Shown here: positions 22,000 to 36,133 of the stretch, one piece after another
Numbering within the stretch: the first letter of the stretch is position 1
Layout of the letters: every line of letters starts with the position of its first letter
From: Negaprion brevirostris
Lineage: Eukaryota
Direction: 5' to 3'
Assembly: GCA_030324005.1 (NCBI GenBank)
Contig: JARDVH010000163.1
Coordinates: 95,035,635-95,099,634, forward strand
Length of the DNA: 64,000 bases
Program-made: the position numbers and the translations under genes
Notes under the pieces: generated by a model
Seen by the model: only the letters and a program-made list of their open reading frames with translations
Databases searched by the model: none
What the model was told of the DNA's origin: nothing

Positions 22000-22800
22000 A
22001 TACATGTCTTGGCAGAGGGTGTGAAGGAGGTTAATGGGGTGACACAAAAACTACTTGTGGCAGTCAATACTTCTTGCAGGGGTGGTGCACTATCACTGCA
22101 GGAAGAAATGTTTGAACCTTAGTGACCTGGCTGGAGCAGTTGCAGAGAATGTCTACCTCCAGCCATCCAATTCTTGGACGGAGCACCAGAGACCTTTATT
22201 CAGGAAACCGGCAGGATCAGGAAGACCTGCTCCCTTGAGACAGAGAGAAAGAGAGAAAGAGAAAGCCCTCCAGGCAACAAATGCATTCACAGTGCAAAGG
22301 GATAGCTTAGACAGTCAATATCAGATGTTTCGCTCAGCTGCAAAGCTGAAACAAGATCAACAAATTTACAATTGGCAAGTTCTCAGCTCAGTTAGGCTCC
22401 ACCAACAATCCTCCCCTCTCACCTCCACTTCCTATAATCATTTAATCACACTTTATTGCACCTTTATTGCTGTAATTCATATATTTGGCATCTCCTAGTC
22501 ACACTTTCTATGCCTTACAACATCCACATCATTGCACCAAGTCTATCACTCTTCCTTGTGAAATAGTAGTACACATATTATGACAGACTAAGCACCAACT
22601 GGAGGAGGACAAGGTTGTCTTCACATCCTGTTGCCATCAGAGGAGCAGACCTGGCAAGGGAGTTGGAAGGGATATCATAGCCATAGTAATGAAAATGTAG
22701 GAGGAAGAAAAGAACTGTGTAAAAGAATGCTTCCCCTGAACCAATCTCCCCTCCCCAATCAAACATATCTCTATAGTCCTCTCTACTGCAATCAGAAAAT
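22000..22800 (+). mobile_element. Decayed Harbinger Myb/SANT-like ORF fragment
   Basis: SWQRV/KEVNGV...CRKKCLNLSDL..RERE resembles the W..V...VN...CRKK.NDL trihelix motif of Harbinger ORF1. Confidence 0.4.
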
Positions 22801-23036
22801 CCAAACACAATAGAACCTCACAAATGTTGCCTTCATGTTACTTACTAAAAATATTAGCAACGAACACCAAATCTAGATTTATTTTTATTCAGTATACTGT
22901 TGTTTGAGCAAACCAATGGCCCAATATAAGATTTCTGGGTTTCATTGTAAGTCAGCTCTGCAGTTATGCTTAAATATCTGACAGGAATCATAAGATGCAT
23001 CTGCTGGGAATATCCCTTGTCATCATAGAGGCTGCA

Positions 23037-23150
23037 AGAAGTCTCACGACACCAGGTTAAAGTCCAACAGGTTTATTTGTAGCAAACACCACTAGCTTTT
23101 GGAACTGGCTGTTCCTTCGTTGGGTGGATGGGAGTTCTCCTTATCACAAC
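23037..23150. mobile_element. Penelope-like terminal-repeat fragment
   Basis: AGAAGTCTCACGACACCAGGTTAAAGTCCAACAGGTTTATT, the reverse complement of the 17626 copy. Confidence 0.7.
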
Positions 23151-23527
23151 TACTATAGAGACTGACAGGAGACCATTGAACATACCTACAAAGTTCATTG
23201 CCTGTGGGTGTAAACAAATTACATTTGAGGCACTGGTATGTAAGGCTGCTAATGGGAAGCATGTAGATCAGTGGAAAGGATGGTCAATTGCCGCTTTCAG
23301 TCTTTGCAATGTATACAAAGCCTTTCCTCACTTTGCTTAGTTCATCAAGACGATACAATTGTTCTCCATGAATAAATCTTTTCCATCTTTATCGGGGGAA
23401 AGCATCTCATTTACCTTCCTGGTGCGGCAGCAACCAGGAAAATGTTGCCGATGTCACTTGTTGCAACCTGGAGGGAGCCTCTGACATAGAAATTTACGGC
23501 AATGATTTCCTTACATATGAAAATACT

Positions 23528-23930
23528 ATATAAGAGCAGCAGTGAGCCATTTGGTCCCTCCAGCCTGCTTTGGCATTCAATAAGATCATGGCTGATCTAT
23601 TTGTGTTTCGAATTCCACATTCCCCATCTGATCTTTGATTCCATTGTCTAACAAGAATCTATCTTGGCTTAAAAATATCCAATGACCCTGCTTCCATTGT
23701 CTTTTGGGGCAGAAGAGTTCCAAAGTCACACAACCTTCAGAAAAAAAATTCTACTCATCTCTGTCCTAAAAGGGTGACCTCTAATTTTGGAACAGTGTCC
23801 CCTAGTTCTAGACTAAAGCACAAGAAGGAAAATTCTTTCCATGTCCACCTTGTCAATACCATTCAGGATCTTATGTCCTTCAATCAATTCACCCTTTATT
23901 TTTCTATAAACCCCAGTGGACAGTTAACAG
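23528..23930 (-). mobile_element. CR1 3' end
   Basis: GCCATTTGGTCCCTCCAGCCTGCT..CATTCAATAAGATCATGGCTGATCT..CCCCTAGTTCTAG. Confidence 0.85.
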
Positions 23931-24864
23931 CATTTTCTGGCTCCTTTGTTGTGTGTTTCTGGCGGTAGAGGTTACTTTCCATTGNNNNNNNNNNNNNNNN
24001 NNNNNNNNNNNNNNNNNNNNNNNNNNNNNNNNNNNNNNNNNNNNNNNNNNNNNNNNNNNNNNNNNNNNNNNNNNNNNNNNNNNNNNNNNNNNNNNNNNNN
24101 NNNNNNNNNNNNNNNNNNNNNNNNNNNNNNNNNNNNNNNNNNNNNNNNNNNNNNNNNNNNNNNNNNNNNNNNNNNNNNNNNNNNNNNNNNNNNNNNNNNN
24201 NNNNNNNNNNNNNNNNNNNNNNNNNNNNNNNNNNNNNNNNNNNNNNNNNNNNNNNNNNNNNNNNNNNNNNNNNNNNNNNNNNNNNNNNNNNNNNNNNNNN
24301 NNNNNNNNNNNNNNNNNNNNNNNNCTTCCATGCCTGTGATTGATTGTGATTTTGCCCCTTGTGAATTCTCTGTCCAGAATTGTGTGTTCCAATTGTGAAT
24401 ATTTCAGCTTACATCTCACCATTCTACATCTAAATTACCCCAAATGCCCCGGAAGCATGGAACTTGGGAGCTGCAGTACCACTGGTCCTTATAATAGTGA
24501 TAAATTTGCTCACTCAAAGGGAAAAGGGGAGACTGATAACAAGGAAGAAAAATCAAAATCAATGGTTTCTGCTACAATTTGTTGCCAAAATGTTATTTGC
24601 CCCAATCATATGCTGAATTTACACCCAACAGAATTTCTAGGCGATTGTGAGTGGTGTCTGTTGAAAACGGAGATTTTTTTTCAAACCAAAGGTCAATGAA
24701 ATTTTCCTGCTTTGTGAATAAATAGAACAATAAAAAACCGCTTACACCATTCTTAGGAGAGGAAGGAAAATACAAATGGAAATGAAAGACAGAGAGAGAT
24801 CGAAACTGCAGAGGCATGTCTCCTCTGACCATGCTGATTCATCTTCTGAAGGTTCACCAAATAA

Positions 24865-25295
24865 CTCCTGGGATAGAGGGATTGTCCTATGAGGAAAGAT
24901 TAAATAGACTGGGCCTGAAGAATGAGAAGTGATCTCAAAGATACAAAATTCTTAGAGATCAACAAAGTAGATGCAGAAAGGACTTTTCCTCTGGCCGGAA
25001 GGTTTAGAAACTTGGGATGCAAGTCAGAATAAACATCAGCGCACTGAGGACTGGGATGAGAAGGAATTACATCATTGAGGTGATTCATCTTTGCAACTCT
25101 CTGCTCCAGAGGTCTGTGAAGGTTTAGTCATTGAGTTCAAGACTAAGATCACTGGGTTTCTACATATTAAAAATGAAGGATAAGGGGATCGTGCAGGAAA
25201 ACAGTGTTGAAAGTAGATCAGCCATGATCTCACTGAATGATGGAGCGGGTTCAATGGGCTGAATGGCCAACTCTTGCTCCTATTTCTTGTATTCT
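24865..25295 (+). mobile_element. CR1 3' end
   Basis: GGATTGTCCTATGAGGAAAGATT..AGAATGAGAAGTGATCTC..GATCAGCCATGATCT..GGGCTGAATGGCC. Confidence 0.85.
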
Positions 25296-26959
25296 TAAAG
25301 AGTATAACAGCAATGGACTGGGATTTTCTTGACAAACCAAGCCATTCTTTTGCTTGGGAGACATTAATTGCATAACATTTAGAATTTCTGGATGATAATA
25401 CATCTTGATTTCTCAGTTTAGCATGCATTTAGAGAAAACAATATATAAGATTGCAACATGATCATAGTGCAACTTGACGCAGAAAGTTCAGAGGTATTGG
25501 ATTAGAGGTCATCATCACTGGCAATGATCTTCTGCTTCAAGGTTTAGCTATTTAAGCTGCTCAGTTTGAGTATGGCTATAGATACATGCAACAAGATAGC
25601 TCTGTCCATGCAATGGTGTAACACATCTTTGTTAACAGTACATACAATATAGCATTTTAAATGCTGAGTATAATGGGCTATTGATGCACAAATATTAATT
25701 GCTGTACTTTTTTTGACCTGAACAGGCAAAAATTAATGTTTTGTTAATTTAACTTACTATGTAGTAAAATGGTATGTTATTAATCATTTACAACATTGAT
25801 ACTGCATTAGAATATTACTTGGCATGAACCAGTGGCTTTAAGTGAGGAACAACCTCTGTAATTAACACAATATATTTGATATTTTAATTAGTTTGTATTT
25901 GTGATCCTTGAAAATTTGAGAAAGCAACTTTCTGAGGTCAGATCTTTAATTTCAAAATCTGGAAAATGCTCCATTTTTGTGCCGATCTTGAGAAATAAGT
26001 GAGAACATTCCTTCAAAAATAATTCATGGAATTAAAATCAACTTCTGTTAAATAATAGAAGTATTTATATAAAAGTGAGCATCTGCAGTCCTTGCCAATT
26101 TATATTGAGTACAGACATGAGAAGCAAATCTGCCTTCATCCATCTCTAATTGGCATTAATTTGAAAACCTTAGTTTAGGAAGACCACAGAATGATGGCCG
26201 TGGGGATACTTTTCAGAGATTAAAGCTATGGCAAATAATAGGCAAGAGAGCTTTACTTTCTATCACACATGATCATGGTAACCTGCAAAGTGATTCAGAT
26301 ACAGGTACAAAAAAGGGGAAATCTTTCACATGAAAAAGAGGGGGAAAAATATCATATTCTATCCTACTCCCATTTTAAAAACCCAAAAGTCTGGGCAGTT
26401 CAAATTCTAGCTATTTTTAAAAGAACACTTAAGAGTTTTAATCACAGATTAAGTATTTTACTGTGCGAGCGATCTCTTACATGTGGGAAACTTAAAGAAA
26501 GCATTTATAAATGTAACAGATGGGCTGTGTTAACTAGAAGGTGATCCCCTCCTTTTCCCATAAAATGATGACTGGATATGTGTCACATGCAACAGAGCCC
26601 AGGGTCATAAACCATGAAAGTGAAATTGCAACAATATACAATCACTTGAATCCAGCAAAATCTCTGATCATGCTCCCAGTTTCTTAAGACATGATGACTG
26701 TTTTTCGAATGCAAAATACATTTCAAGAGTCTTCTCGCTGAATAAATTGTGGCACATCTTCATTCCCTACTCATTATGATGACAATTAAGTTTTCCAAAT
26801 CTAAGACAAGTGAACTTTACAGTGCGTGGACATTACAGAAAGACTAAGGTAGCCAGCAAGAAGAATTCACTAAACATAATCCAGTTTTGTGGAAATGGAA
26901 CATTTGAGTAGCATATAAACATATTAGGGCCAATTCCCAGACCTCGGCAGTGAGCAATA

Positions 26960-27031
26960 CATAAGAACATAAGAAATAGGAGCAGGAGTAGGCCATCTAG
27001 CCCTTCGAGCCTGCCCCGCCATTCAATAAGA
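26960..27031 (-). mobile_element. CR1 3' end running into an assembly gap
   Basis: CATAAGAACATAAGAAATAGGAGCAGGAGTAGGCCATC..CCCTTCGAGCCTGC. Confidence 0.85.
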
Positions 27032-27999
27032 NNNNNNNNNNNNNNNNNNNNNNNNNNNNNNNNNNNNNNNNNNNNNNNNNNNNNNNNNNNNNNNNNNNNN
27101 NNNNNNNNNNNNNNNNNNNNNNNNNNNNNNNNNNNNNNNNNNNNNNNNNNNNNNNNNNNNNNNNNNNNNNNNNNNNNNNNNNNNNNNNNNNNNNNNNNNN
27201 NNNNNNNNNNNNNNNNNNNNNNNNNNNNNNNNNNNNNNNNNNNNNNNNNNNNNNNNNNNNNNNNNNNNNNNNNNNNNNNNNNNNNNNNNNNNNNNNNNNN
27301 NNNNNNNNNNNNNNNNNNNNNNNNNNNNNNNNNNNNNNNNNNNNNNNNNNNNNNNNNNNNNNNNNNNNNNNNNNNNNNNNNNNNNNNNNNNNNNNNNNNN
27401 NNNNNNNNNNNNNNNNNNNNNNNNNNNNNNNNNNNNNNNNNNNNNNNNNNNNNNNNNNNNNNNNNNNNNNNNNNNNNNNNNNNNNNNNNNNNNNNNNNNN
27501 NNNNNNNNNNNNNNNNNNNNNNNNNNNNNNNNNNNNNNNNNNNNNNNNNNNNNNNNNNNNNNNNNNNNNNNNNNNNNNNNNAGGTATGTTAAAGTAACTT
27601 GAATAAATTAGCATGGCAGAAGCAGCAGAATGCACAAACGTGAATGTCAGGAACTGGCATTCAGTAAACTAGCACAGGCATGAAAAGGACTTGTAATACT
27701 GGAAATTCTAGTTCCATGTGCAGTATTTTAGTAAGTTTAAACATACAGACAGATCCAAAGTGTTGCGCAAATTAAGTCACATGATGCTTTGTTTTAGAAT
27801 GATTGTGGCACAATATCATGTTAGTGTCAAGAATAAGACCAATTTAAAGTGCTCAATCTCATTCCTGCATGTTGTCACAGAAGTAAAAAATATGAAATTT
27901 AAAATGTTATTTGTACTTTTCCTTTCAGTTTCTTTTTTCTCTCTTAATTCAATATTTTATTCCATTTCTTTGTAGCTCCTTCTTTATTTCGATTGACCT

Positions 28000-29285
28000 T
28001 TATTCATTCTTTCACAAGATGAGGGCATCACTGGTTAGGCTGCAATGAGGTCATGGGCTGAGTGGGTTTGACGGAAGTGAAAGAGAACGTCAGTGAACAG
28101 ATTATTGCTGAGTTAATGTCACTTGATAGCACTGTTGATGACCCTTTTCATCCCTTTTCTAATAATCATAGATGACTGATGGGGTGTTAATTGGTTGGGT
28201 TGGATTTTTCCTGCTTTTTTTGTATAGGACATATCTGGGTGATTGTTCACATTGTTTGAGTGATAGCAGTATTGTAGCTACACTGGAACAGCTTGGCTAA
28301 GAGCGTGGCGAGTTCTGGAGCACAAGGCTTCTGTACTATTGCTGGAGTACTGTCAGCACCCATAGCCTTTGCAGTATTCAGTGCCTTCTGTCATTTCCTG
28401 ATTTCACATGGTATGGATGGAATTGGCTGAAGACTGGCATCCATAACGTTGGAGACACCCAGAGGAGGCCAAGGTGGATCATCCACTCAGCACTTCTGGC
28501 TTATGATCGTTGCAAATGTTTCAGAATTGCCTTTTGCACTGATGTGCTCCTTTCATTTGAGGATGGGAAATTTGTGCAGCCTTCTCCTCCAGTTAGCTGT
28601 TTAATTGTTCACCACCATTCACGATGGCAGCGCTTAAACTTGCTGATGCATTGATTGTGGGATAGCTTAGCTTTTTGATAGATAGTGATCAAAAATCACT
28701 ATCTATTTGTCAAGATATAGTTTGTTTGTCAAGCAAGTAGTCCTGTGTTGTGGCTTCGCCAGGTTGATTCCTCATTTTTAGCTATTCCTGGTCAGTTCCT
28801 GGCATGCCTTCCTGCACACTTCATCCAAAGAGGGTTTGTGAGTTGTTGAAATGCATCTTGTAATTAGTATGCGCTGCTACCATTGTGCATAGGTGATAGA
28901 GAGAGTGAATGTTGAAGGTGATGGAACGGGTGTAAATCAAATGGGCTGCTTTGTTCTGGATGCTTTTAAGTTTCTCCAGCGTTGTTGGAGCTTCACTCAT
29001 CCTAGCAAATGGAAAGTATTTCATTATACTCCTGACTTATGGTGGACAATCTTTACCGAGTCAGGAAGTGAGTTAGTCACTACAGAATTCCCAGTCTTCA
29101 ACCCAAACTTGTCGCCATAGTACTTATACAGCTAGTCCAGCTCAGGCTCTGATCAATGGTAACCCCCTGGGGGGTTTCAGTAACAGTAGTGCCATTGAAT
29201 GTCTAGCAGAGATGGTTAGATTCTCTCTTGTTAGAGATGGTCTTTGTTGGCACTTTGTGTGGTACAAATGTTACTTATCAGCCCA
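28000..29285 (-). mobile_element. CR1/L2-clade LINE fragments
   Basis: Minus ORF MKYFPFARMSEAPTTLEKLKSIQNKAAHLI..NIHSLYH; same family at 44655, 61580 and 63115. Confidence 0.8.
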
Positions 29286-31059
29286 AAAATATAATGGTAA
29301 TTTTGTTTTAAAATTTAGGTCTTTAATATTTGTCAATACTCATAGTAAATCTCAGCCAAATCAGTCGCTGCAAAAAGGGGGCCCACTCAGCATTTGTTGT
29401 AATTCTCCAGCTTCATGGAGGATTCACCTTGAGTCTCTCTAGTACTTGCACCATTCTCATGGAGATTTACTCCTCACAATAGGAGATCTCCGCAACTTTG
29501 GGTGGCCTGAAAGAGGTCCTATCTATAATATATACTGGACACAGAATTTCCTAATGCTCCCTGAAGATTATGCTCAATACTTCTGCAGCAATAATGTTAC
29601 AAACTGCTAATACTTCTGCGAATGTTGGTATTACAATAAAGGGTACATAATATACTGGAAACTTGGTGTTAACCAAGCTCCCTCTCCATTCCACAGTCAA
29701 ATCCCATCACAGGTTAAACACGACAAATTCTTATGATTTCTGTCAACCATGCGGAGGCACAGAGAGCACTTGTGCAAAGTTCTGGAAAAGATCACTTGAC
29801 TCACCACTATGATCAATCCATTAGATCATCCTAAATAACAAAGCTAAAAGTGGAAGCGGAAAACCAAAAATATATTTTTTAAATTTTCCATATACTATAC
29901 AGAATAGGATGTCCTGTTGCAAGGCTACTTAAGCTTCCATTTCACAATTCACAATGACATTTCAACCTTTTTTGTGTCACAGTCTTCTAAATGCACCACA
30001 GCCTCTGCACTACTCTGAGATTGCTTTCACACCTCTGACACTATTTTTTAAAACATCATTTTGTATATCAGGAGCAGGTGCATTTCTCTCTTAAAAATGC
30101 ACTTACTCTTTAAAACTCTTAGCAAATTTCTAGTGGTTAGTTTCATGCATCAAACACCTCACAGTTCCAATATCAATATATATAAAGATACAACCAAAGT
30201 CAACTACACCGCTGCAAATTACAATGCTGCACCAATTAAACATCAACAGATATAGGGTAAAATTACAAATTAAGGATGTGCAAACAGCAAGCATATGAAT
30301 AAGCTACTTAATCACTTATTAATGAAACATTGCTGACTTCATCTAGTACTCACTCTCCAACAGGACAAGATATACTTTCAAAGGAAGAGGGCTCCATAAA
30401 GTATCTTTGAGATTCATATGCTAAATGCCCTGCAAGGATGCCCAGACCTAAAAGACCTCCTCCTACTCCTTCCCCTCCCCGCCCTCACAAGGATGCCCAT
30501 CTATTATGGAGTTCATCCATTGTTTCAAATGTTGGGAAGTGAATTTAGCTTTCCAAACTTTTAATGCAGATTTTCAAGCAATTATGTTGTAAATTCATTA
30601 TCACAGGAACTGGGTTATGATTCTGGCCAAACCTTTTTTAGTTTGGACCGTTGCAGCAACCAGAGAGGGAAACCTTTCATCCTAGTAGTCTAGGTTAGAG
30701 GTAAGCTCTTGCATATCTTCCAAATGAGAGGTCAATGTCCGAACAATGTGATAAGCTACACTATTTGTCTTCCATTCTGAAGTATTTTACGTAGATTGAC
30801 CCTTTTAATAATGTGCAAATACTCTTCACCATCCTAATGTACATGAACTTGCATGGTGCTAATGGCTTGAGTTTTACTTTGCAGATGTGACCAATGTACA
30901 TGGTATACGTGATCTGCATTAGAAATAGCGAACTGAAGCATAGAAATTGTGGATGAGACAAAGAATTTCTGTTTTTGAGGCGATTTCTTGTAAGGTTAAT
31001 GAACGAGGTGGTCCTCCATATTACAGGATAAATTCAGTGATTCCGTGCTCCAAACATGA

Positions 31060-31172
31060 GTGGCACAGGAGCTGGCATTGCTGCCTCACAGTGCCAGGAA
31101 CCGAGGTTCGATTCCAGCCTTAGGTCACTGTGTGGAGTTTACATGTTCTCCCTGTGTCTGCGTGGCTTTCCT
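31060..31172 (+). mobile_element. HE1 SINE 5' half
   Basis: GCTGCCTCACAGTGCCAGG..GGTTCGATTCC..TGTGGAGTTT..GTGTCTGCGTGG. Confidence 0.85.
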
Positions 31173-31269
31173 ACAGGTTGATAAGCTAGATTTGAATGGG
31201 GTGCGAGTTGGCCAATGAATGCTTCAGTGTTAAGCTCAGTCATCAAACTGCAAGCTGTTTGAGCTTAGA

Positions 31270-31455
31270 AACATGGAATCCCTACAGTGCAGAAAGAAGC
31301 CATCCGGCCCATTGAGTCTGCACCAACTCTCTGAAAGAGCATCCCACCCTGGCTCTCCCCTCCATCCTATCCCCATACCTCTGCACATTTACCATGGCTA
31401 ATCCACCTAACCTTCACTTCTTTGGACCGTGGGAAGAAACTAGAGCACCCGGAAG
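31270..31455 (-). mobile_element. HE1 SINE 3' half, inverted
   Basis: Reverse complement reads CCGGGTGCTCTAGTTTCTTCCCACGGTCCAAAG..GGTTAGGTGGATTAGCCATG..GCACTGTAGGGATTC. Confidence 0.85.
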
Positions 31456-32872
31456 ATGCAGAATAGATTGGATTTTCCTCTTAATTGGTGTATTAGGAGT
31501 GGGGATGAACTTCTACCTGTCAGTATGCACTGCTTTCTCCTCACTGCTTATTCAGGGCAAATTTGACTCAAAAAAAAATCAATAAAATTCCTTTGAAAGG
31601 GTGCAGTTCGATGTCTGTTTCTGTTCCTCCTCTTTTTCCTTTGCATCCTCCTTTTACAGGATAGATGGAACATTCCCATATTCTGCATCATTATCCCTTT
31701 AAGTTTCAGGGTATCGCAATGTTTTCTGACCAATTGTATCATTTAGGATGCACCAAGATACAATACTTCCAGAAGCTAACTTGACAGCTTTTTGAAGTGT
31801 TAGTGTCAGACCAATAGCTTCTGTGTTCTAGGATTATCTCCAGGTCGCACATTCAGGGCTCCTACAGCTATATCCAATCTCCCTAATCAGGATTTAAGTT
31901 TGGCACATATCTTGTAGTTTCCTAGTTGCATCACTAATTACTATGTTGACTGCATGTCAAATAGCACGGTTGGTATGGTAATTTTCAAGATACTTTTTGT
32001 ATCCAATATCCATTGGAAAATATAATATTTGGTTAAAACAACTATGTGATTTTATGTGGAATTTTCTTTTCTTGATAAGCGAAACACTCATTCACCATGG
32101 AAAAATTAATAAAAAATGGGGAAGAGACGTTCTTTGACTAGGACACATTTCAACTTCAAAAAATGTCTTCAATTAAATCACGTGCCCAATAAAATAGTGC
32201 AAATTATTTTCTAAATATTATCCAATGGTTCACAAAGAGGCTGTGAGAAAATGCTAGACAAAAGATCTTTCATTCAGCAGCGAAGCTTATCTTTTCAGTT
32301 TGGTACCACTGAACACCATCTTAGAGCAGTCTCGACACTTAACGTCACAAAAATGCTAAGCACCAGAAATGCTTGAGATCTTTCAAAGGAGCTTTCATTT
32401 CTTGTGCATCAGAAACTCCTAGTCCAGTGAGTGCTGGCATGAAGCTGGAGGCATTCACGTCAAACTGTGATCTGATAGTGCAAGTGAACAACAAAGATCA
32501 TACATTCCTCCTCCTCATTGGTGACAGCGTTCTACCACATCTTGAGCTTCATGCTAGTGATCTTAATAAAACAACTTCCTTACATCAAGTGCTCATTTAA
32601 TTTTTGTTACGGAAGTTCCAAATCAACTATCACATCAGGTTTGAGAAAGTTCAGAGCTAAATAAAAGCAGCTGTTCTTGAACAGGAAGGACTGAGCACAC
32701 CGGTATATTTTATTTCCAACATAAGCGAGGATTGCCAATCTTTACGTTACAAGGTTGAAATTCTAAACATGTGATATTGAAATACTGGGGTGGGGGAGTA
32801 GGAAAACTCTGACACAAACATACTTAGATATTTGCTTTTTCAATTCCCATTTGCAAGAAACCTTTTGCTCAC

Positions 32873-33825
32873 TGTTATGAGTGTACTTTGAACTTTAATT
32901 TTTAATCAAGGTAAAATGGAGTAGCAGAGAGGAACATGTGACTTCCCACTACTTCTGCCTGGCAATGAGCCTGTGTGACCTGGTTGCCATGGGATCAGGG
33001 GCCCAGGACAAGTCCTATTGAAACTTGTCAGCTTTCATACCTGGACATAAAGAAAGGAACACTTGGCATTTCTGTGCCTAAATTTACATATTCTCACATT
33101 TACTGACTCAGAGATCCTGGAAAGAGACAGAAAAAGGGAGACGGGCCAGAATTTTAATGCCCCACCCAACACAGGAAATGGAGTGAGCGAGGGGTGGACA
33201 ATGGGAAGGTCCATTGAACTCAGGCAGGATTTTACGATTTTGGGATGAGCTAGGCTGTAAAAATCCCACATGGAGAAATTAAAAACAGAAGCTTCTGCAA
33301 ATTGCAGAGGAAGTGATCGGCTGCTGGAAGTTCATTCGCTCGAAGATATAGGATTTTTGGAAATTTAATGAAACTGGAAGATTCCAGTATAGCCTCAGTA
33401 TAGCTGGGAGGCTCGCCGGCGTGAGCCTTGCTGCGGGAAGTTGGTCTGAGGATTCTCAGAAGATCCAAGGAAAGACTTTGGACTGACACAAAATGTTACA
33501 ATTCAGTGAAAGGGGGAAATAGGTGAACCTACTGGAAGCTGGGAGTAACTTTAAACCGGTTCCCCTGAAGATTACAATTCAGCAGAGTGTTGGATAATGT
33601 ATAAACATGGTGTAAGTTTTTCAGTCATGTCAGGAAGAGAGTAGCTTTCCTGTATTATATTGTGCATTAGTTTCCTACTAAGTAATGGTTAATCAATGTT
33701 GATTTCAGTTTGTTTGTTAATAGTAAAAGTCTTAAAATGTGAAATTTTATCCTTGGGTTCCTTGGGTCGATCACTGGAAATTCAAATCTCTTAAACAGTT
33801 ATTGATCTCTACACAGATTGTAACT
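32873..33825 (+). mobile_element. Solo LTR with nested Harbinger-type MITE (33143-33269)
   Basis: TGTTA...GTAAC(T) termini; flanks TCAC/CCAC; MITE termini GGGCCAGAATTTT / AAAAATCCCAC. Confidence 0.6.
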
Positions 33826-33959
33826 CCACACAAATGATTGCTAACAAAACCATATGGCTTTGGAGGCAATCTATTAAATAGAGAAGGAGTTAGGAGGTAG
33901 GAGACAGAGATTAGGAATGATGAGTGTATAATGCAATGACAAGTTGTGACTTGTGGTGT

Positions 33960-34940
33960 CTGACCGGGATCTGGACTGTCTCCCCAACTTTTCACTATCT
34001 GTATCAATGGCTAAGATAAAAGACTGGGGAACCATATAATCCAAGTCTGCTGATTGCATTAAGTGAGATGGCACATAGTCTTTTTTTAGAAAGGAGCATA
34101 AAATTATAAAAAATACATTGACAGATTAAGAGAGTTAGGAAAATTGTGGTTGGCAGAGTTTAATGTGGAGATGTGAGCTCATCCACTTTGGACTCAAGTA
34201 AGATAGATCTGAACATTTCCATGATGGACTGCAGCAGTACAAGAAGGCAGCTCACCACCATTTTCTTGAGGGCAAGTAGGGATGGGCAATACATGCTGGC
34301 GTAGCCAGCAATGTCCACATACCAAGAATGAATAAAAAAGCAAAGATTTGTAGAGAGAAAGGGCAATTTACAGGTCTAAATCCAAAAATCCCTAAAAGTT
34401 ACTGGACAGATGGGCAAATACAAAACATATTGGAAAGGCGGAAGAAATGTTTGCCTCATCTCATGGAGGCTGAAATACAAAGTGACAGAAGTCATGTTAC
34501 AACAGTAAGAGAGTTCAGGCAAGACTCGATTTATAGCACTGTCTTCAGTTCCGTGCACTGAAACTCAGGAAGCAGATTTTGGCCTTGGGCAGGGTAGAGC
34601 ACAGATTTACCCAGATGGTACTGGGACTAAAGGGATTACATTGTTAAGTGCAGGTTGTATGACCAGGCTTGTATTACTTTCAATATAAAAGATCTAATTG
34701 AGGTGTTCCAAATGAACAAGGGTTTATTTTCTCTGGCGAGGGAATCACAAACAAGGAGACCTTGCCTTAAATTAGAATTAGGCTGTTCAGGGGTGATGTC
34801 AAGAAAATGCTTCATCACGCAAAGGACAGCGAAAATCTTTTTCATCTTTTGCAAAAATTGCAATCCGAGAAGCTCGCTGTTTGTACGGGGGCAACGTATT
34901 GTAATTAATTTAAAAGGGAGTGGTGCACAATGGCCAGATT
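33960..34940 (+). mobile_element. Degenerate CR1 RT-3' region with nested LINE tail (34220-34340)
   Basis: TTTTCACTATCTGTATCAATG..TCCAAGTCTGCTGA..GATCTAATTGAGGTGTTC..TTCTCTGGC; nested GCAGCTCACCACCA..GGGATGGGCAATA..GAATGAATAAAAA. Confidence 0.65.
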
Positions 34941-35949
34941 GAGCTTGAGGAAGACAATGGATCCAAACATGCTGAAAGATTCAAAGCTGGGTCTCATTCA
35001 CATGTAGCTCATCAATCTCTTGTCTGAGATCACTACCTGGGACAGTGGACATTGTCAATATTACAGTTGGCAAACAATTATTTTTCATTTCGGATAACTC
35101 TCCAGAGAATTCTAGAAAGAACAATATATTTACCCAACAGTGATAACTCCCTAATAGGTTAAACAGTGGTGCAAATTAAGTCACCAGCAAAATAGAATTG
35201 GCAAACAAATGAATCATATAAGGCAATATAGTACAATATGGCTTGGTTCTAATTAATGAGACTGAGTGCACATTGATTATTGAACTTGGCAAGCTTTACT
35301 CAAAAAAATGGCGTACTCTGCCCCATTCCCATAACATAAGCTAGTTTACTGGTGTGACTTAGGGTTGTGGCATTACCAACACCAATCAAACATAAACTTT
35401 ATAATTTATTCTGATACAGATTGCTTTTGATAGGTCTCAATAAAATCACCTACTGTTTAACTGCAACATCAAGAAATGCCTTCAATGTGGAGGTTTTGGA
35501 AATCCAGGAGACTGGTTAAAATGTCATAAAAGCAATATAGCAAGACAGCAGCAATTTAACCACCAGTTCTTACTTAGATGAGAAGAATAAAGTGCAAAGC
35601 AGCTGTTATCATTTTGGCCTCTTCCATCCTGGCAACTTTCAACATGATTTCAATTGACAGCCGCAGCGGCTTCCCTATCCAGGCTTACACTAAAATACGA
35701 TCAAGATGCTACTGAGATGGATTCTGCTTATGCTAATCACATAGAATCAGATGCCATTCTAACCGACACGGTTTTGTAGGCAAGTAATGGGAACTGGGGT
35801 AACCGCCAAATGATTAAGTAACTCTCTTTCTCATTGGATGCAACACAAATCTCTTGGCAAATGAGAGGAAATGTGTACCCACCACTGCCCTCATCCTGAT
35901 GGCCACCTTTGAACTAGGTGCACCAAGCTGTATGTAAACGCAAACACCT

Positions 35950-36133
35950 TGGCCAGAATTTTCCAGCTGTAGTCACCGGTGGGATCTTCTGGTCCCACCA
36001 AATGTGGACCCCCACCACAGGTTTCCTGGTGGCAAGGGTAGTTAGAACAGGAAACCTTGTTGACAGCTCCCGCTGCTTGCTAATGGTGGGCCGCCTCACA
36101 AAACACACCACAAGGCCGTGCGGAAAATCCCAC
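35950..36133. mobile_element. Harbinger-type MITE
   Basis: Termini GGCCAGAATTTTCC / GGAAAATCCCAC. Confidence 0.6.

Noticed and set aside
23904-27635. Long ORFs in the track (172 aa, 212 aa, etc.)
   Set aside because: Artefacts of reading through N gaps.
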